Shown piece by piece: positions 1 to 13,749 of a stretch of DNA of 64,000 nt. The DNA comes from Raillietiella orientalis (Eukaryota): the NCBI GenBank assembly GCA_036172245.1, contig JAYWIR010000015.1, forward strand, positions 806,001 to 870,000, given 5' to 3'. The notes under the pieces are model-generated. The model had not been told where the DNA came from and made no database searches. It was given only the letters and a program-made list of their open reading frames with translations. Position numbers and translations under genes: made by a program. Numbering within the stretch: the stretch's first letter is position 1; each line of letters begins with the position of its first letter.

Positions 1-1499
1 AACAAAACCTCAGTGCATGAGGAGCGTCGCCGCGTCCGTCGTGGGGAACTCTAGTTCACCCAGGATATGAAGATTCCTTGCTCATCAGTACAGCTCTTGA
101 GCACGAACACCAAGTGTTGCGGTGTCCGAAAGTTCCCGGACTGACCAGTCGCTTACCGAATCCACTTCGCGCCAGCTTACAGAATCCGTTGGAAGGGAGT
201 ACCTCAGCTGCGCAGATGACCCTAGATCTTGGAAGATGAATTGCACTTGAGCCTCAGGATGTTCTGGGATCCACTTGCAAGCGAGTCTGGTACCACGGTC
301 GGCTCCTGAAAATGCGCCTCCTTGCACTTTGCAAAAGCACAGCTAAACAGGGCACGAAACACCATACTCTCCACATAAGAACTTCCCTTCCTTTGGAGAC
401 GCATCTGCCGTTGATTGCTGCTGCCTCCTGCACTCTCGTGATCTTCGGATCGTCTCTCAGTTGCCGAGACAGCGATGGCTGACATAGCTACCATGCACAC
501 TGTTGTCACTGAAATCCTTATCATTGTTACTAAATTCGGAATAAGAGAGGAAAGGAGAAAACAAGCCATTCTTTTCTCTCCAGATTCAGCAGATTTAAAA
601 ATATTTAGTGGAATCGGTCAGCCTTATGAGGATGCACAGTTCTGACAAACATAAATCCCTGTTAGCACTTTAGTCTCTGCCTTGCTCTCGTTGCAGAAAA
701 TTGATGTCACGGGAACCTTCTACTCCCCGAGTCTGGTTCTTCATCAGAAGCTCAGAGTTTCCAAGAAGCAGAATCGGATCTTCCTAACATAGGAAACGCA
801 TAATATTTTTCTAAACTTACCTCTAGAAGAGCAGCCAACGCATATCCATGCTCTGACTGGACAAGAGGGTGCCTTGTTCTCCCCAACCTATTGGACGAGG
901 CTGATACCGCTGAGCTGAGTTGAGAGCTGTTTTGGACATTGCCAGGTCCAGCTGATGAGAAGGGAAAAGAGATTTAGTCGATGGTGCTTTGCCACTTGGC
1001 TTGATCACTGGCAATTTTGCTCTTTGCAAAGGCGATGCAAGGAGGAGTTCCACGAATGGTGGAACAAAAAGCAATCTGGATCTTTGACCTAGAGTAGTCA
1101 TAGGACATTTAGCTTTTGAACGCCGCATGAAAAGGAAGCTGGGAGTTGGCATGCTTGCTTTTGAACGTAGGGAAGTGTGACTTTCTCTGACAGGTCAAGA
1201 CTGTGCATTGCGTTGGTGTGCACCGCGCTCTCTGTCACTTCCTTTTCATGTGAACAGCATGTGGTTCGCATACTACCACCTAGAAGACGCGGATCGGTCG
1301 ACTCCATTGCCAGTACGAACCAGACCATTGAAAGAGAAGTCGGCCGCATGTGAAGAGATATGCGCTTTGGCAAGAGTCCCTTCAGCACTAAGTCAACCAC
1401 CGCACGTTCAACTCCCGAGTCATCATCACCGTTTGCCAAGATGAGATGGTGGACAAATTAAAAAAAGGATGCAGACAAACACTATGAGAGGACTGCCCC

Positions 1500-2400
1500 T
1501 ATAAACAATCGATTCATGGAGCGGATTCCAACCTCGGGTCTAATCTGGTATTCCAAAGTGATGGACGGTTGATCTTACTCGGCGTGACCTACCCATTTGG
1601 AAGTAGCTCGAACGCAGCTCTGTAAAGCTCCAAGAAGGCGCGCGTTGGTGTTCCCTCTTGGGAACAGCAAACTCCAGCTGTCGGGAAAGGCAAGAGATTA
1701 GAGCGTTTTCCATGTCCCTAGCTCCCGCTCTCTGTGTTTTGTTTCACTTGCCTGCACTTGGATACACCGAGAAGTTCACCAGTCTGAGGAGACAAGCCCT
1801 ATGGGATTCGCCAGATTTAAGGTGCTGGCCAAAGGACTTCGTTAGCATCTGGGCGTATTCTCTGCCGAGCGGTTGCAGGAGGTGCAAGCATCGCTCTGGA
1901 GATCGGCTCTCATGACGACGCTGTGGAACACTTCCTGAGGAAATCTTTTAAAGAACGCCACAGATTCGTGGCTGCTTGACCTCGATCCTATAGCGCAGCC
2001 TCGGACGTAGGGGAGGCTCTGCCTCTTCGCCTAACTGCTGCTGAAAAACCCTGAGTAGATCTCCTGCTGTTCAGTCAACAAGAACTCTTTGCGGCAGGAA
2101 TCACTGGAAAAGTGGATGCGCCTGCATAGATCAGTCCTTCCCAACGATGGCGCCGTTCCCCGTCTGGAGAAACTCTTTTTTAGCGAGATCCTAGACATTG
2201 TGAGGAACCTCTTCGTACGGTTCACTGAGAAACCGTTCAAGATTCCGTGTGATCCTTTCTTCGTCAGAGGGAGGAGCAAGAGGAAGATTCGCCTGCAGCC
2301 CGGTAGTCAAGAAGAAGACTCGCCTGCAGGAAATCAGGGAACACTGGATCTGACGTTCAAGGGAGATGTTACGAAGCTGATGGGGGTCCAAAGGGGTGGT
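1500..2400 (+). mobile_element. Decayed L1/Tx1-like LINE ORF2, post-RT to 3' region
   Basis: Near 1670, 'KLQLSGKAR..SVF' resembles the post-RT 'LSl.Gk..l' motif of L1/Tx1 ORF2. The segment is GC-richer than its flanks and full of stops and frameshifts. Boundaries are approximate. Confidence 0.4.
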
Positions 2401-2960
2401 GGCGATCCACATCTCGAGAGATCATCAAAAATAAACACATATGCTTATCATACATAGATTAGTATACAAATTTAATTTAATGTGTGCAGTTATTCATATT
2501 TATTAACACATATTATGATTAGTAATAATATTGAAACAGATATTTATAAGGATTCAGTGACATACATTGTATTAATGCAATTAATAAGTCATCGATTAGA
2601 CTGATATTATTTAAGATTATAAACAATAAACATATCTGTTTATTATATCTATTGATATATATATTAAATAAAAATCGGTGTATATTACAAAGATTTTGAT
2701 AAATAAATACATATGATTTATAAACAGATATATGTGTATAGATTAATATATAAATTAGCAGATATTATGAAGATTATGAAAAATAAATATATATGCTTAT
2801 TCTATATAGATTGATGTACAAATTTATTTGAACACACATAGCTATTCATATTTATTTGCGCACACATTATTAACAGTAATATAATTGAAGCATATATAAT
2901 CAGCAACTATGTATATTAAAATGTGTATATTAATCTGTGTGGAATCAACATACATGTTTC
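2400..2960 (-). repeat. AT-rich dispersed element, copy 1, with an internal ~350-bp tandem duplication
   Basis: 2429 'aaataaacacatatgcttatcatacatagatt...' recurs at 2781 as 'aaataaatatatatgcttattctatatagatt...'. The reverse complement of 2400-2460 aligns with 56113-56178 and more weakly with 51670-51720. Confidence 0.75.
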
Positions 2961-2969
2961 TTTTTTATG

Positions 2970-3200
2970 ATCCTGCGGAGTTTTGAACAAGATCCCAAAG
3001 AGGCTGGGAAGGATGCAGCCATTGCAGCATAAGGATCTTGGGCTCCCCTTGCTTCTGGAAGGCAATGAGTGGATCTGCGCCTCCCTTCGAACCAGAATCC
3101 ACGTGCATAATCAACATCTGGACGCGCATTATAGGAGCACGCTCGGAAGTGTTAAGCCCTGCTCGATAGGGTCTCTCGAAGACATGGTGCAGAACGCAAC
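2970..3200 (-). mobile_element. Short LINE ORF2 relic (post-RT GGLGLP-type motif)
   Basis: The minus strand reads 'EQGLTLPSVLL*C', similar to the conserved 'P..eGGLgLP' motif downstream of RT in L1/Tx1 elements. Confidence 0.35.
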
Positions 3201-3558
3201 AGAGTTCTTTTCATCTTTCCCTCTGAAGCGAGTACTTGTTCGCTATTGGTCTCATGGTCACATTCAGCCTTAGGGGGAGTTTACCACCCACTTAGGGCTG
3301 CACTCTCAAGCAGCCCGACTCCTTGAAGAGCTCCCTTAACGCATGGGAGGGGTCCTCGTACGGAGACAGCCGCGTTCTTGGACAGTCTCGGTGAATCTCG
3401 GCAAGAAGCAACTTCCCGATCGCCACATTTCCAGACTGCCGAGGTGGGGCAGGGTTCGGCGATGGGCTCTTCCCCGTTCGCTCGCCGCTGCTGGGGGGAA
3501 TCCTGGTTCGTTTCTTTTCCTCCGCTTACATTCAGGGGGAACGCCTGATCTGAGGTCG
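3201..3558 (-). pseudogene. 28S rRNA 5'-end pseudogenic fragment (arthropod-like)
   Basis: The minus strand starts CGACCTCAGATCAGGCG, then ...TAAGCGGAGGAAAAGAAACGAACCAGGATTCC...GCGGCGAGCGAACGGGGAAGAGCCC and ...GGAGTCGGGCTGCTTGAGAGTGCAGCCCTAAGTGGGTGGTAAACTCC...GAGGGAAAGATGAAAAGAACT. These are conserved LSU rRNA blocks. There are indels in conserved core positions and no 5.8S or 18S nearby. Confidence 0.95.
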
Positions 3559-3569
3559 AACACAGTAAA

Positions 3570-4260
3570 ATAAATCAGTGCATCTGCCAAACCCCTGGAC
3601 TTCGCACTGGATGTGCTCCAAGGGAGTTGCCTACAGGCAAAGTGAGAGTTCTCTTTTTCACTATCGAAACAATCAATCTCCAGAGAGATTGCTGTTGACG
3701 GATTCATTGCAGGATCCTCGAAGCCACTCGACGGATAGATGGCAGCCCATTTGGCCGATGAGGCTTCCAGCATGTGTCGCTGCATCTCCAAGTTTGGAAG
3801 ATTTGCACTGATGGTCTCACATGGAAACGCGGGCAGACGTGTACTATCATGGCTACCCTTTAGGCGGATGACCTGTTGCAATGGTTAGCGAATCGGCTAT
3901 CGCTCAGTCACTGAAGTTTGGAACAATACAGACTTCCACTTCGGCAGATGCCCACTCTGACGAAAGAGCACCCCTTGATCTCCTTCCTCCCTAGCAACTG
4001 TGATGAATGGCAGCAGAAGACCGTGAACACGTGGGCGGAGGTCACGGAGACCAGTCCAGAACGCATTTCCATCTCGTGACGCGGACATCTTGGCGGATGC
4101 GCCCTCGAAGACTTCGCGCGGAACCTGGGAAAGTTGGCCCCGACTTCCACAAACCCTTTTGCAGCTGCGCTGTCCATCTTACGAGAGCATCATGACGGCA
4201 GCCAGTTGGCAAGGTGGGAGGCGACCTGTGACATCGCAGGCAACGGGAAACTCCTCGAAG
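3570..4260 (+). mobile_element. Decayed LINE reverse transcriptase fragment
   Basis: 'L*ADDLL' at 3858-3878 (TAG GCG GAT GAC, a mutated YADD). It is preceded by 'REIAVDGFIAG', resembling the RT 'i.vNG..s' motif. Confidence 0.6.
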
Positions 4261-5313
4261 CAAAAAGCTAAAGGATTAAAGATTTTCGATTAAGACCAAT
4301 GACAGCATTTTCGAAATCCTAAAGGTTTCTAGAGGACCGTTTCGTGTCACCAGAAGCATCTCTCCAGTGTCGTAATTGTGGGAGCAAACCGTTCCAGCAT
4401 CGCTTGTTCTAGCATCAAGGAGAACCAACCAATCTGGATTTCATCGATCACCTTGGAACTCATTTCTCCCGATCAACCGCTATAAGTTCAAGCTTGAATG
4501 ATTCTGGGATTCTTTTCGAAAACGAAGGGATAGATATCGACTCTCTTTATTCGCCAAGCATGAGGAGCGATTTTCTAGTATTTCCTGTTGGCTTCTGCCA
4601 GAGTGTTGCCAGAGTCTAAAGAAACCCATTCTTCCACAAGGATAGTGAATGGTGGGTTCTCCGGATAATAAGAGCGCGGAAACCGTCTAATGCAAACGAT
4701 TTCCCCTAGATGTCTGATTCAGAAACGAATTCAGGGTTGAGTCAGCACAGGAGCTCATGCAGCAAACGTAGGTATAAGATTATGAGACCACGAGTTTGCA
4801 GCCCCTAGCCATGGATCCGGGGCGTTTTCGAAAAATCAAAAAACCCTATGGTCCTTTACCCGCTTACGAGCAAACAGCAGGGTAGTGAAGAAATAAAAAT
4901 ATGCTCTAGTGGGGACAGGAAGTTATTCAAAGCAGTTGAGGTTGCAGGAATCAGTATCTGGAACTATCTTTTCAAAGAATGAGGTGTAGGAACTACTTTC
5001 TTTTCCTTTCTTGATTTTTCAACTTTTACAGGGTAAAGTTATAAGAAAGAAATTCCCAAGTTTTGCTACATTAAATTGTAAAACACCGTCACATACGGTC
5101 TCAAAATAAGGTTTGCGTTGCTCATCTTGTTTCGTGAATATACTGAAATGTTGGTCAGATTAAGATGAAATCAAGCCAAGATAATGGATGCAAAAAGTAA
5201 ACGATTCTATAAAGGACCAAATTTCAGAGCTTTCATCATCCGATGATTAGTAACACTGGGCTGGAGGGAATATTTAATATGGAGGAGAGCATGCAATCAT
5301 TATCGGGTTTGGG

Positions 5314-5454
5314 CCGAAATCGCGAATGTCGGAATCCCGAAAGGCCATAGAAATGAAACACACACATTCATAGAACACATGAATCCCGGAGAGAAGAATC
5401 ATATGAACCCATTTTTTAAATGCTCTTTCGAGATTTCGACATTCGAGATTTTGG
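5314..5454. mobile_element. MITE-like element with 30-bp imperfect terminal inverted repeats
   Basis: 5314-5343 CCGAAATCGCGAATGTCGGAATCCCGAAAG versus the reverse complement of 5425-5454 CCAAAATCTCGAATGTCGAAATCTCGAAAG, 26/30 identical. The interior is non-coding. No clear target-site duplication. Confidence 0.6.
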
Positions 5455-8400
5455 TCGTTCCGGATTCGATCAGCAGCTGTAACCACCGCATGCCATTTAC
5501 CTGCATCTGCGTGTCATGTTTCGTCAGTAGACATTTCAGAAAAAGTGCGTGAGTCTAGTCGTCTTTTGACCCGAAGGCGCTGCACAAAAGACCACCGCTT
5601 GCCTATTTGCAGTGTCACTCGTGAACGAGTTTGTCAAATCCCTGGGTTTCTCGAATGTGGGATTGCAAGGAGCAAAAGTGATGTGCCCGCTCCATACTCC
5701 AGGAGCAGCTGAGTTTTGCGCTTTTCAGTTCTTCTCATTGATGCTCTCAAACTAGCTCCAAATGAAGAATCCGGAAATGAGTAAGAGGAGAGAGTGTTGA
5801 AGAAACTTACATCGGCAAAATTACACAACGAAAAGGCTCCCTCTGTGCCCGAGATGGGATGCACACGCTGGACGAGCCGATTTGCGAGAAGAGTTTCTTG
5901 GGAGCTGACGCCGAACCCTTTCCAATTTTTTCTTGGGGCATCTTTCCTGATGCTTTCTGCGATTGCGAAACGACCTTCAAAAAGCCTACAGAAATTGCTT
6001 TTTGTCATGTTTCAATTCTAAAGGTTCCAGCAGCTAGATAATAAACTTCAAATTGTTTTGGTCCCATGGTATCATGGTGATAGTGTGAAGATGAAGCCTG
6101 TAAAAGAAGGGAAATACCAGGCCGCTGATTTCCATAAGGGTCACGAGAGGAACGCAAGAACTCAAGAGGAGCTCAGAATCGATTGAGGATCCGTCTCTGT
6201 TTTCCCCCGTCGTGATACTGGGGATGTCCTGCTGCCATCATGAGGAGCCACCATGTCAGCCGTTGGCTAGTGTAAACGGCTTGCATTCCGGTTCCAGGAG
6301 TTCGTCAATCTAGATACTTTTACAGCTATCTTTTGTCAAATAGAGTAAACAAACAGCAACTTGGAGAACACAGTCGAAACAGGAAGTTATCAAGGAGCTC
6401 TCCCTTCTACATTCAATGTGGTGACGGTTCTTTAATAGCATAATTCCAGACTCATGCTGCAGTTGGGTACCAGTCGTTTAGTACGTTGGGTCTTGCTCTT
6501 CCAGCTTATGGATCACTTGCAGATTCCAAAACTCACTGGCCAGATTGCTTGATCCTGATCGAATCAACAAAAGGTTTACTTGAGCTGCTAGGTCGGTGAA
6601 AGAGTTCCCATAGCGTGCTGTAGGGTTTCTCACGACTCCCATTAAGGGAGAGTTTGGAATTTCGCTCATCTCGCTCAATACTCTTCTGGTCGTTGGAACG
6701 CCTGCGCCAGAATTAAGGCTCCAGCTGTTTCTCTTTTTTTTTTTTGGCAGTTGGATAATTAGAAAAATTCCCTCTTAAAAACGACACCGCTTTCACGATG
6801 TTTTCATTACTTCATAGCGTACTTTATAACGGAGGTCCCCTTAATGTTTTCCCATTTCTAATTATGCCACAGACAGAAATCCAGAATCTAATGAGATCAT
6901 ACTCCTCCTTGGAATTGCTTTTGGGATCACTTTGTTGGTCAGAGACCTATTAGGCTCCCCCCAAAGAGGGGGGGGGGGAATCCCTGGTTGAACTTCTCAT
7001 AAAATTCGTGTTCTCGGTTACGCGTTCTCTTCACAGCCTCCAAACCCATTCGAACCTGAATTGATATTCCAGGATCTTACTGAGCTGCTGAAACGGTGAC
7101 CCAATGCCACAGGCCTTTTGTGTTTCGTCCTGTAGGAATTCTAGATTGCTAGTTGAGAATAATCGATGCCATTATGAGTTCGGCAATTAGACCGAGGCAG
7201 ATGCACAGAATATTGAGAGGAGCTCAAAAGTTTAGTATCTTTCACACATTATGTCCTTAAATGCTATCCGAAAGACATCCGAACAAAAGCCAGACATGCT
7301 CGATGAGTCTAGAACATTCGTCATGATTAAGCAGTTTCATTATCGATCTTTTGAGCGAGCAAAGTGTTCGTTCGTCCGAGTTCTCAAAGACCATCATGTG
7401 ATGGAGGTAAAAAATCCAGCCATAATTTTTCACATTCTGATAGCCACATAATTTTTCATATTTCCCTTTTTATTTATGAAACCAGTCTTTCGTGCGTGAC
7501 AGATCTTTAACCTTTTACAAAAGTCTTCATGACCTCATCTGCTTGAAGAGTAATTGTCCTACACTTTCAGCAGGAACGGAAATACATTCCCTTGACTTTC
7601 CTAAATTGGAAAAAGTTTACATGAGACGATCAATCACTCAACACAAAGTAAGTATCCGCCTGTGTCGAAGTGTTGCATTTCGAGTCAGAAATCCGAATTG
7701 CACCGTCATGAAAAACTCTTTTAGACTACTTTTTTATGATCTTCGGTGGTATCCTTTTGTGTTGGTTCATTACGGTGATGTAGCTGGAAAAAACCTTGGC
7801 CCGAGATCACAGTAAAATTTATGTACATGCAAAGTTCCCTCTGGATGCTTTCCTCCCATCCAGAGGGAACGCTTCTTAGCTCGTTCAGTCGGCGACTACA
7901 AGATGAAGCTGGCGAACGCTCGCAGATTCCGAAGATGAGGACCTGCATGACTTTTGTCTTTCCCTCCCCATGTTTTGTGCATCTCGAAGCAAAGTCGTGG
8001 ATCTTGAATTTTGCAGCATGATTCTCTTAAACATCTGAAAATCGTCATTACCCAATGAACTAACCGTATTTATATGATTGCCACTCAGGGGAGTGGAACA
8101 TCAAACTCCTCAGAGGTCATCAGAAACGATACCTCGTTTCCTTTTCTTCTATCAGCCACTGCTCAAGAATCAAAAGGCGAATACCAAAAGCCACAAAGAT
8201 CTTTTCCCAATATTTTTTGGGATTTCAAAATGCTAGAAACAAATCAGCCCTGATACTGAATAAGAAAGCGCGTGATGGCGGAGTCTCCAAAATCCCCTGC
8301 TGCATCGATTCTTCGCTGCCTCAAATAGTCTGGAAATCAGGAATTTCGAAAGGTATTTCCATGCTGAAGACGGAATTCGAGAGAAGCAAGAACATTGCTT

Positions 8401-11400
8401 ACAAGAACTCTGGACATACATCAAAACAGTGCCTTTCCCCATTATGGTTGTTATTCCAAGCTTTAGTTAAGTATTTTCGTCTTGCCTTTAAAACGGCGAG
8501 CGTTCATGAAAACCTCTCCAACGGTGAAAGTTAGCAAAGACCGAATGATGCAAGTTTCGTTAATCAAGATGACAAGGATTGCTTGCTGCATCTTACAAAA
8601 GCAGAATCCGGTTTCATTTGCCCAGAGTCTTTCAGTGCTCTTCCCTTCTCCTGCATGTGCTTTATTTTTAGGAAATTGCTTCCAAGAGAATCAGGATCAA
8701 AAGCAAGAAACCCTTTCAAACTCATTGATAGGGAAACGGACACGATTTCCGAACGCTGCTTATGTGTCAGATGAGGTGATTTCGAAAAACCATCCGTGGA
8801 TCGAAAGATGCCTTGCAAAAGATGCATGGATATCCATCCATGCATCTTTTGCAAGTTCTTGGTTGTATCAACCAGAGACATAGTTCCTTGAAATTATCAA
8901 CAGCATTTTCCAGCCATCGAGCAACTTTTAAATCTTAGGATTTGTTTTCCAAAACCAACAAACCACACCACTCGAAAATACCATCCAAGATAGGAGCGGA
9001 TCCATCTTTACTCTCTGTCGGGAAGATCAAAACCCCATCAGGTTAATCTCTGTTGTTTCGTTGCTGTAATCCAATGCAAGACTTTCACTATTTGCCCAAT
9101 GGGGGATTGCTCTAATCAGGAATTTTCATTGAAAGAAGCATTAATGAATTTCTAGGGTCTTCTAGCATTGTCATAGCAGCAGTGTTAATTGACTGCTCCT
9201 AAGAGCAGCACTTTTGTGAATTCTGGAAACAAAAAAAGCAAAAATCAAGAGCCAACGGCGAGGGTTTCTTGAAGTTTTCTCAGATTTGACGGCATGCTGA
9301 ATGGTGAAACGAGAGACTGCAGCTTGTTTTCCGTACGGCGACCATCGTCCGAAAACTTGGCAGTAAACATGAGCTTCCATCATTGCAGCAAGCATCTTTT
9401 GGTACAGGACTCGACTGACAATCGTCAGAAGGTTCATAAAGTGCTGTCCCAGAGGCTCTCCGGAATGAATTGCATTTGCATTTCTTTCTGTCGTAAGCAA
9501 ATGGAAGGACGCACGCACACAGGAAAAATAAAAAAAAGTCGTTGGCTTCCTGATGAAGATCGGAAATTTACAAGAGTAGTCAAACAAAAAGGATTCGGGA
9601 GGAGAGGAACCTAGCTTTTGCACAAGGATCGTTATCACTCCTAAAGCGCAAAGTTTGCCGCTTCAGGGCAGAGTTTCCAGGAAGAAAAAAAAAAATAAAA
9701 AGATAAACGTCTCGAGATGCAATGGAGCACAATTTAGGTGGCTTTCTCATTTGTGAAGCATTTGTCCTCAAACGAGCCCTTCGTTGACATGAGACCTCGA
9801 AGAGAATTTCATGCAGATCGCTGCCGTTTCCCCACTCTGTCAGGGTTGCAGGCTGTTGAGAATGAATGCACGGAAATTCCAATCGAAGTCTTTCCTGAGT
9901 TGATAGGTAATTAGTGAGATTCGACAGCGTACCTCATATTTCTTTCTCGCCCACGCACTTCGTGTAAACGGCCTTGTTCCTCCTGACAGGATTTGACGCT
10001 GTCCCTGCTGGTAATCCTCGCTGCAATGCATCGAGTAGGGAGAAGGCATCCACTTCTTTGGCACTGTTGGCAATACATCGCGTTGAGATTACAGGAGAGC
10101 AGAAAGCGCTTGTCTGTGCTTCGAAAGTCTTTCCCGCTATTTAATTCACATCTATTATTTGCAAAGTATGCTAAGGGCGAGCAGTGGCAGGGATACCTTC
10201 CATCTTCTCCACAAATCAAGCCGTCCTATTCATCTCCGCCTCCTGACGAGTCTATGGTTCTTGAGGGCAGCTTTATCTCTGCCGGTGGCCCAACTTGCGC
10301 TTTCAGTTCATGTCCCGTGAGTGATGCACTTCGAGGTCTGCATTTCCAAGAATTCTTCTCCTGGTGTGCTTTGCTGATCTCCTGAGAGCCCGAGTTCTCT
10401 CGTTACGCAGTGTCTTTCCGAATCCAAAGAATCTACAACGGTCTCTCTTACCTCCATTAGTAGCGAAACGGGGAGTCAATCCTTGGTACTTGTTCTCCTT
10501 GCGGTTGCCTTGCTTCCCCTACGGCGGCAACTGGCGATTCTAGGCGATCACTCTTCAGTCGCCCTGGTACATCAGCTCCGGTTGCATCCAACAACTTTTG
10601 AAGGGTATGCAGTTAACATTGAGACTACATAGAGATGCGAAGGCAATGTTACCGTCACAGCCCGTAGAAAAGAACTGCAGCCATCTTTGATTTAGGGCTG
10701 TTCATAATCCACTAGCATTCTTCGTCGCAAGAAAATGCTGTTTCCAAGGAAGACCGTTAACTTTAAACTGAATCATGATGTCTGACTACCTTCCATAATG
10801 TCGGTCGCTGATGAGTCATTCATTCTCATTTGAGTAGGCGGAATTTTCGCGCACCATCCTGAGTGTAACAAATCCATGCCTAATACCGAGGCTCTTCAGC
10901 AGATCTGGAATCGCCGAGGTTTGGTTTCACTCTGATTGAAAAATTCATTCCGCAATTGAAAAAACACCTAGCAGCGGCTTCGTTTATTATCCCTCGTCTA
11001 TTATAAGATCCTAAAGGACTTCGCTCTTTGGAAAACATTGCTTAGCCTCGTGAACGTGCTTTCCAGAACACGTAACCAGCAGTCTGGAACATTTGCTCTG
11101 TAAATATTGAGAGAGGTGATCACTTGTTTCTTCAGTCATCTTAAAGAATACATTTCGATATCATAAGTAAAGAACTCTTTCACATTTGATTTTACAACCT
11201 AAATCAAAGAAATGCAGCCACTTCCAAAAGCGACACAGCAAACATATGGCTACAGTGGCAGTGTACGGTATGTACAGGTCAGATGCAAGTTTACTGTCTG
11301 CCAATAACATCAGCTGGTAAGTATACAGTTTGTGTCCCTACGTGTTTGTGATTCACGCGTTCTTGACCGTTTTGAGAAACTTAATCTCTGAGTCTCAGTC

Positions 11401-13749
11401 TTCCGAGACCACAAAAGGAAGATGATCATGAATTCGAAATGTGTACTCACCTCCGCCCACCCGTTCGTCAAAAAACTATTTGAACGAGTTTCCTCTCCTT
11501 GATCTGCTATTTTCATTCTCTTCCGTTCTTTTTTCTTCGGTCATTAATCTGCATGGCTATGGGGAGGAAGAAAACTAAGGTTTCGAGGAATCTCACTAAA
11601 CCATGACCTTTGGTTTTACAGGAAACCAGACAGGAGACATTCGCTTCGATGTAAGACTTTCCATTTGATTTGTAATGGAGAACACGAGGAAAGATTGAGG
11701 CTCATTAGCAAATCAGCAACATTTTGTATCATCAAATTGCCTTTTTCTGACTGCTTCCTCGAAGTCACTTTTTGGTATTCCCCATTGATCCTGACAAGAT
11801 CTGATGCAAAGTTCGTGTAAAGTCTGGAGTCTCTTTCCAGCCACTCGGTTCCTCTCGATGTTCAGACAAGATGTAAATTTTGCAGAATTCTTCAGCATGA
11901 TTATCTCGTTCATGGACTGTTTTAGGGAAGGCATAAAGAGCACGTGAAACCATTAGGATACTCTGTGGTAGCGAAGTATCTACTTTCGACTCTTTGTCTT
12001 CTTCAGGGAGACGAAAATATGAGCTCGCTGTCGACTCTCATCTGGTTATGGAGAACTCGTATTGCTTGGCATGCTGTCAAAGTGAGTTCCGAGGTCGGCC
12101 AACATTTCCTACATCTCCTTGTGCACTTCCCTTCTGGTTGTGCAGTGTACTCAAGAAAGCAAGGAGACATTGTTTTAAAGGAAAAAAGTCTAGGAAGACA
12201 GCGGATGTGTTTACTTCGGAATCAAATGTACCAGCTAAAGGGAAGCGGTTAGATGAGATATGAGTTGCCCGTACCTAATAGCGGACAGCCGTTGTCACGA
12301 AGTCAGGATCCTCTGAAACGCATGTTGTTTATATGTCGGCTTACAAGAAAGGAGGAAATGGTGTGAAGTACACAAAGGAAGAACTTGGCAATAAAGAAAA
12401 CATCGTTTCCGTGGCGACGAAACTGAGTCCGCGGGAAAAGCCAGTCATGCTTCTTCGACGTCGAAGAGTAAGAGGAAGAATCGCACGAATGGGCAGAGGG
12501 AGCCTAAGGTGAAGGAATCCTCTGGATTCAGAAAACTTTTTGAGCGCTTCCGTTACTGAAATCAAGGTTTCTACGCAAGGCATTCTTAAAGCGTAAGATC
12601 AGCTACTAAAGCCACAGTAGCTGTGTGAGGTGAAGGAGATGACGGAAGAGTGCTAAAAAGAGACCATCAAATCTGCGTTCATATTGAATGTGAAGGAATT
12701 GAGGAGTGAACGGGCACTGTGAAGAAAATGCATCATAATTTAGAGAGCTCTAGTTCTGAGAAGCACCCTCTGATGTCGATCTTACATGCGAATCCATATC
12801 TCTGCCAGTAGCATCAGCAAACGGGTGAAATTTAGAAGCACGAGCTCACAAAAGAAAAAGACTCCGGCTGCCCTCTATATTAATGACGCTTTGTATATTT
12901 CATATCTAAGAGAACCAAATATTCGCATTCTCTTAAAGAATCTCAGGAAGCAGAACACAATAAACAATACATCCGTTTTTGCACATTAGATGGTCCTCAG
13001 TTAGGAATGGATTCTTTCAGGGTGGTTCCTTTCCGTTTTCTAAACGCTCTTGCATCAGACACTTCCTATGGATGTCCACTGTTGAATTCTTCTGTGATAC
13101 CGTGATACTCGGTACATAGGATTTAACAGCAAAGAAGGTTCCGTGCCTAATTGCTGGAAATGAAGTTGTTGCTAATCCTATACCAAGAGAAAAGCCAATT
13201 CATTCCAAAGTCAAGCTCAAGGATTTAGTGGATTATTACTAGGAGCCAAAATATTAGATGTGTCATTTTTTATCAAGAGCATATTTAGCATATGCAATAA
13301 GAGCATACTTCCAGTCCTTTGGCTTTGTAAAAGTAGTGAACAGAAAAACAGATCAATGGACTTCAATCAAAAATTTGTAGGAAGAAGTGGTAGACTCATC
13401 CTTTGCATATGTAAAGCAAGAGGTTGTCATTGCCTGTGTAGATGTTTGTGGGCATTTGCTTGTGCTCCCTTTTATAGTCTTTCGAGCGCGAGTCTCTTGA
13501 GCTTCTTCGGTTGCTTCGAGAGCAGTTCTTGGAGCTTTCCGACCTAATATGCAGGAGGCAGCACACGTTAGTGGTGGCATTCGAGGAGCAAGCTTCTGCT
13601 CTCGTTCAACACAGTCAGCGTCCTCACCTCACTTCACATCTTCAGCACAGTCCTGCCTATGTCCTTACCCTCTCAAAGACTGTGGTCTTTGATAGCTCCT
13701 GAATCCAAAAAGGATGAAAAAGGGGGGAAAACGGCTAGTGCAGCTACAG

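Noticed and set aside
85..327. CUB-domain-like 'CKWIPEHPEAQVQFIFQDL'
   Set aside because: A single short motif, too weak to call without a profile search.
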